IMG/VR virus record: IMGVR_UViG_3300007504_000003
Coordinates: 1-64,000 of that record
Strand: one strand, 5' to 3'
DNA length: 64,000 nucleotides
Source of the DNA: a virus
A program made the translations under genes and the position numbers. This document shows, piece by piece, positions 62,658 to 64,000 of this stretch (positions are counted from its first letter, which is position 1; each line of letters begins with the position of its first letter). The notes under the pieces are model-generated. The model made no database searches, was not told the origin of the DNA, and worked only from the letters and a program-made list of their open reading frames with translations.

Positions 62658-63782
62658 ATGAAGGATTACCCGCCCTCTCGTCTTGTAGCCTCTCGTTGGT
62701 TGGTTGCATCCAAGTCGAAGTACCGATCCGTTTTGCGGCGGGGTCGCTCTCGCGTGGAAGCCGCCTACCGGCAGGATGATTGGACTGCGGCTGCGGCTGC
62801 CTATGAGCAGGCGGCTTCGGCTCTCCGTCCCCTCGGGGGACTTCTGGATGGGGTTACCGTCGAGCGGCAGAGTGAGCGGAGGAAGCTGAAGAACGTCCGC
62901 CGGAACCTGTCTCTGATCAAGCGGTATACGGCTCCTGGCTTCCTCCGAGATACCGAGTATCAGACCGCCTATTGGGCTTGGAGTAGCTGGGAGACGCTAG
63001 AAGATGCCGTGAAGGCTGTTCTGAGAGTCTGGGAGCGAGTGACCGGGTACCAGAGCTTGACTCGCTCCTTCCAGCACGGCCCTTTCACGGTTGAGAATCA
63101 CTACGGCTACCGTGAGGAGGAATTGGCGGCACCCTTATCGCTCCTCTCAGGAGCGATGGATCAGATCCGCTCCCGGGGGTTTGAGGAGGTCTTGTACGGG
63201 GTCGTTCAAATAGTGAGCCCGAAGAGCGGGGGGTTCTGTGGGAGGTACTTCAAGAATGGGGACTTCCTTCAGATCAACGCGGATTGCCAGTACCGCTTAG
63301 GGGCTGTTCATACGGTGGTCCACGAGCTAGGTCACCGGTTCTGGTTCCAGAAGATGACGTCCGCACAGCAGAAGGCATATGACGACGCCTATTCGGGTAC
63401 AGCAGGCGTTGTGTTCTCTCTGGGGGACCGGGAGGACATGTGGCAGGCGTTCAAGGAAGCCGGGTACACCCTCCGAGGTGCTCATCGGCGGTTGAGGAAC
63501 CCCGCCTTGCGGGAGCATCTCTCGGATTATGTCCGGGAGAGGAGGAAGGGGTTGTTGATCGTCCCGGACCCGCGGACGGGGTTCATGGAGGCCCATGCTC
63601 AGAGAGCTTTCGTGGTCCCTTCTGTGAGAAACTTCTTCCTGGGCCGCCCCGTCTCCGTGAGTGATTACGCTGAAACAGGCGGGGTGACGGAGGATTTCGC
63701 TGAGGTCTTCGCGTTCTTCTGCACCGGGAAGAGGGTTGACGCAAGGGCTCTGGAACGCTTCCGGGACGCGACCGGCCGCTAG
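62658..63782 (+). CDS. Zincin-like metallopeptidase
   Basis: VVHELGHRFW and VSDYA..EDFAEVF; N-terminal LVASRWL tag. Confidence 0.75.
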   Translation: MKDYPPSRLVASRWLVASKSKYRSVLRRGRSRVEAAYRQDDWTAAAAAYEQAASALRPLGGLLDGVTVERQSERRKLKNVRRNLSLIKRYTAPGFLRDTEYQTAYWAWSSWETLEDAVKAVLRVWERVTGYQSLTRSFQHGPFTVENHYGYREEELAAPLSLLSGAMDQIRSRGFEEVLYGVVQIVSPKSGGFCGRYFKNGDFLQINADCQYRLGAVHTVVHELGHRFWFQKMTSAQQKAYDDAYSGTAGVVFSLGDREDMWQAFKEAGYTLRGAHRRLRNPALREHLSDYVRERRKGLLIVPDPRTGFMEAHAQRAFVVPSVRNFFLGRPVSVSDYAETGGVTEDFAEVFAFFCTGKRVDARALERFRDATGR

Positions 63783-63805
63783 TTCCTCTATGTGGGGAGG
63801 CTAGC

Positions 63806-64000
63806 ATGGAAACCCTCGCCCACGCTGAAGCCTCTGACGGCTCGCTCCCTATCATGGAGCCCCTCCACAATGTGCGGGAGGTGGCTAAGCAACTCATCCT
63901 GTTGGAAGACCACCTCTTTCATCCTGAGCGGCACTGCGAGGATTGCATCACCAAGCATCTCCTGACCGCTGAGGCGTTCGCAGAGGAGGCCCGTTCTCTC
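63806..64000 (+). CDS. Hypothetical protein with LLEDHL...CEDCITKH motif; runs off the right edge
   Basis: Not in the ORF track. METLAHAEASDGSLPIMEPLHNVREVAKQLILLEDHLFHPERHCEDCITKHLLTAEAFAEEARSL..., with GGAGG SD. Confidence 0.7.
   Translation, partial: METLAHAEASDGSLPIMEPLHNVREVAKQLILLEDHLFHPERHCEDCITKHLLTAEAFAEEARSL

Noticed and set aside
1-64000. Interpretation as a bacterial chromosome or eukaryotic giant virus segment
   Set aside because: TerL and portal, SD-led coupled operons, strongly diverged replication genes and the lack of housekeeping or NCLDV core genes fit a large bacteriophage better.

Overview
A 64-kb, high-GC (roughly 60-65% by eye) segment of a large tailed dsDNA bacteriophage, probably jumbo/huge-phage class, although genome size and host cannot be determined from this window. 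The phage call rests on a terminase large subunit and a portal-type gene, and on the absence of ribosomal or housekeeping operons. Left to right the window holds: (i) a leftward nicotinamidase-like / vWA / PP2C / Ser-Thr kinase operon (TerY-P-like; the kinase runs off the left edge and is missing from the ORF track); (ii) accessory genes, including a C39 peptidase, a ParB-like protein, two divergent sigma-like regulators, a PNK-like kinase and a stand-alone ubiquitin-like protein; (iii) a ~700-bp non-coding region with hairpins and a 3-periodic tract; (iv) a long replication/recombination block: HolB, HolA, class II RNR with two inteins, RecD2, SSB-like, RuvC, RecA, split SbcC plus SbcD, Cas4-like nuclease, DnaN, Toprim primase core, DnaX, a NusG paralog and a tandem sigma-region-4 protein; (v) a morphogenesis block with TerL and portal, each carrying an intein; (vi) a polyvalent metallopeptidase-2H phosphoesterase protein, a CCA/poly(A)-type nucleotidyltransferase and a zincin. 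Signals not explained by gene labels: a recurrent R-[VI]-A-x-[RL]-[WY]-L peptide tag and [KR]-x-A-S sites in many putative virion proteins and enzymes, plus two exactly spaced upstream DNA motifs (GnAAnTTTnn-N10-CGTA[T/G]A and CTAT-N12-GT[A/T]G) that look like early and late promoters. No tRNA, rRNA or CRISPR array was found, and no DNA polymerase, replicative helicase or major capsid gene was recognised. All family assignments are by manual motif recognition; no database search was run.
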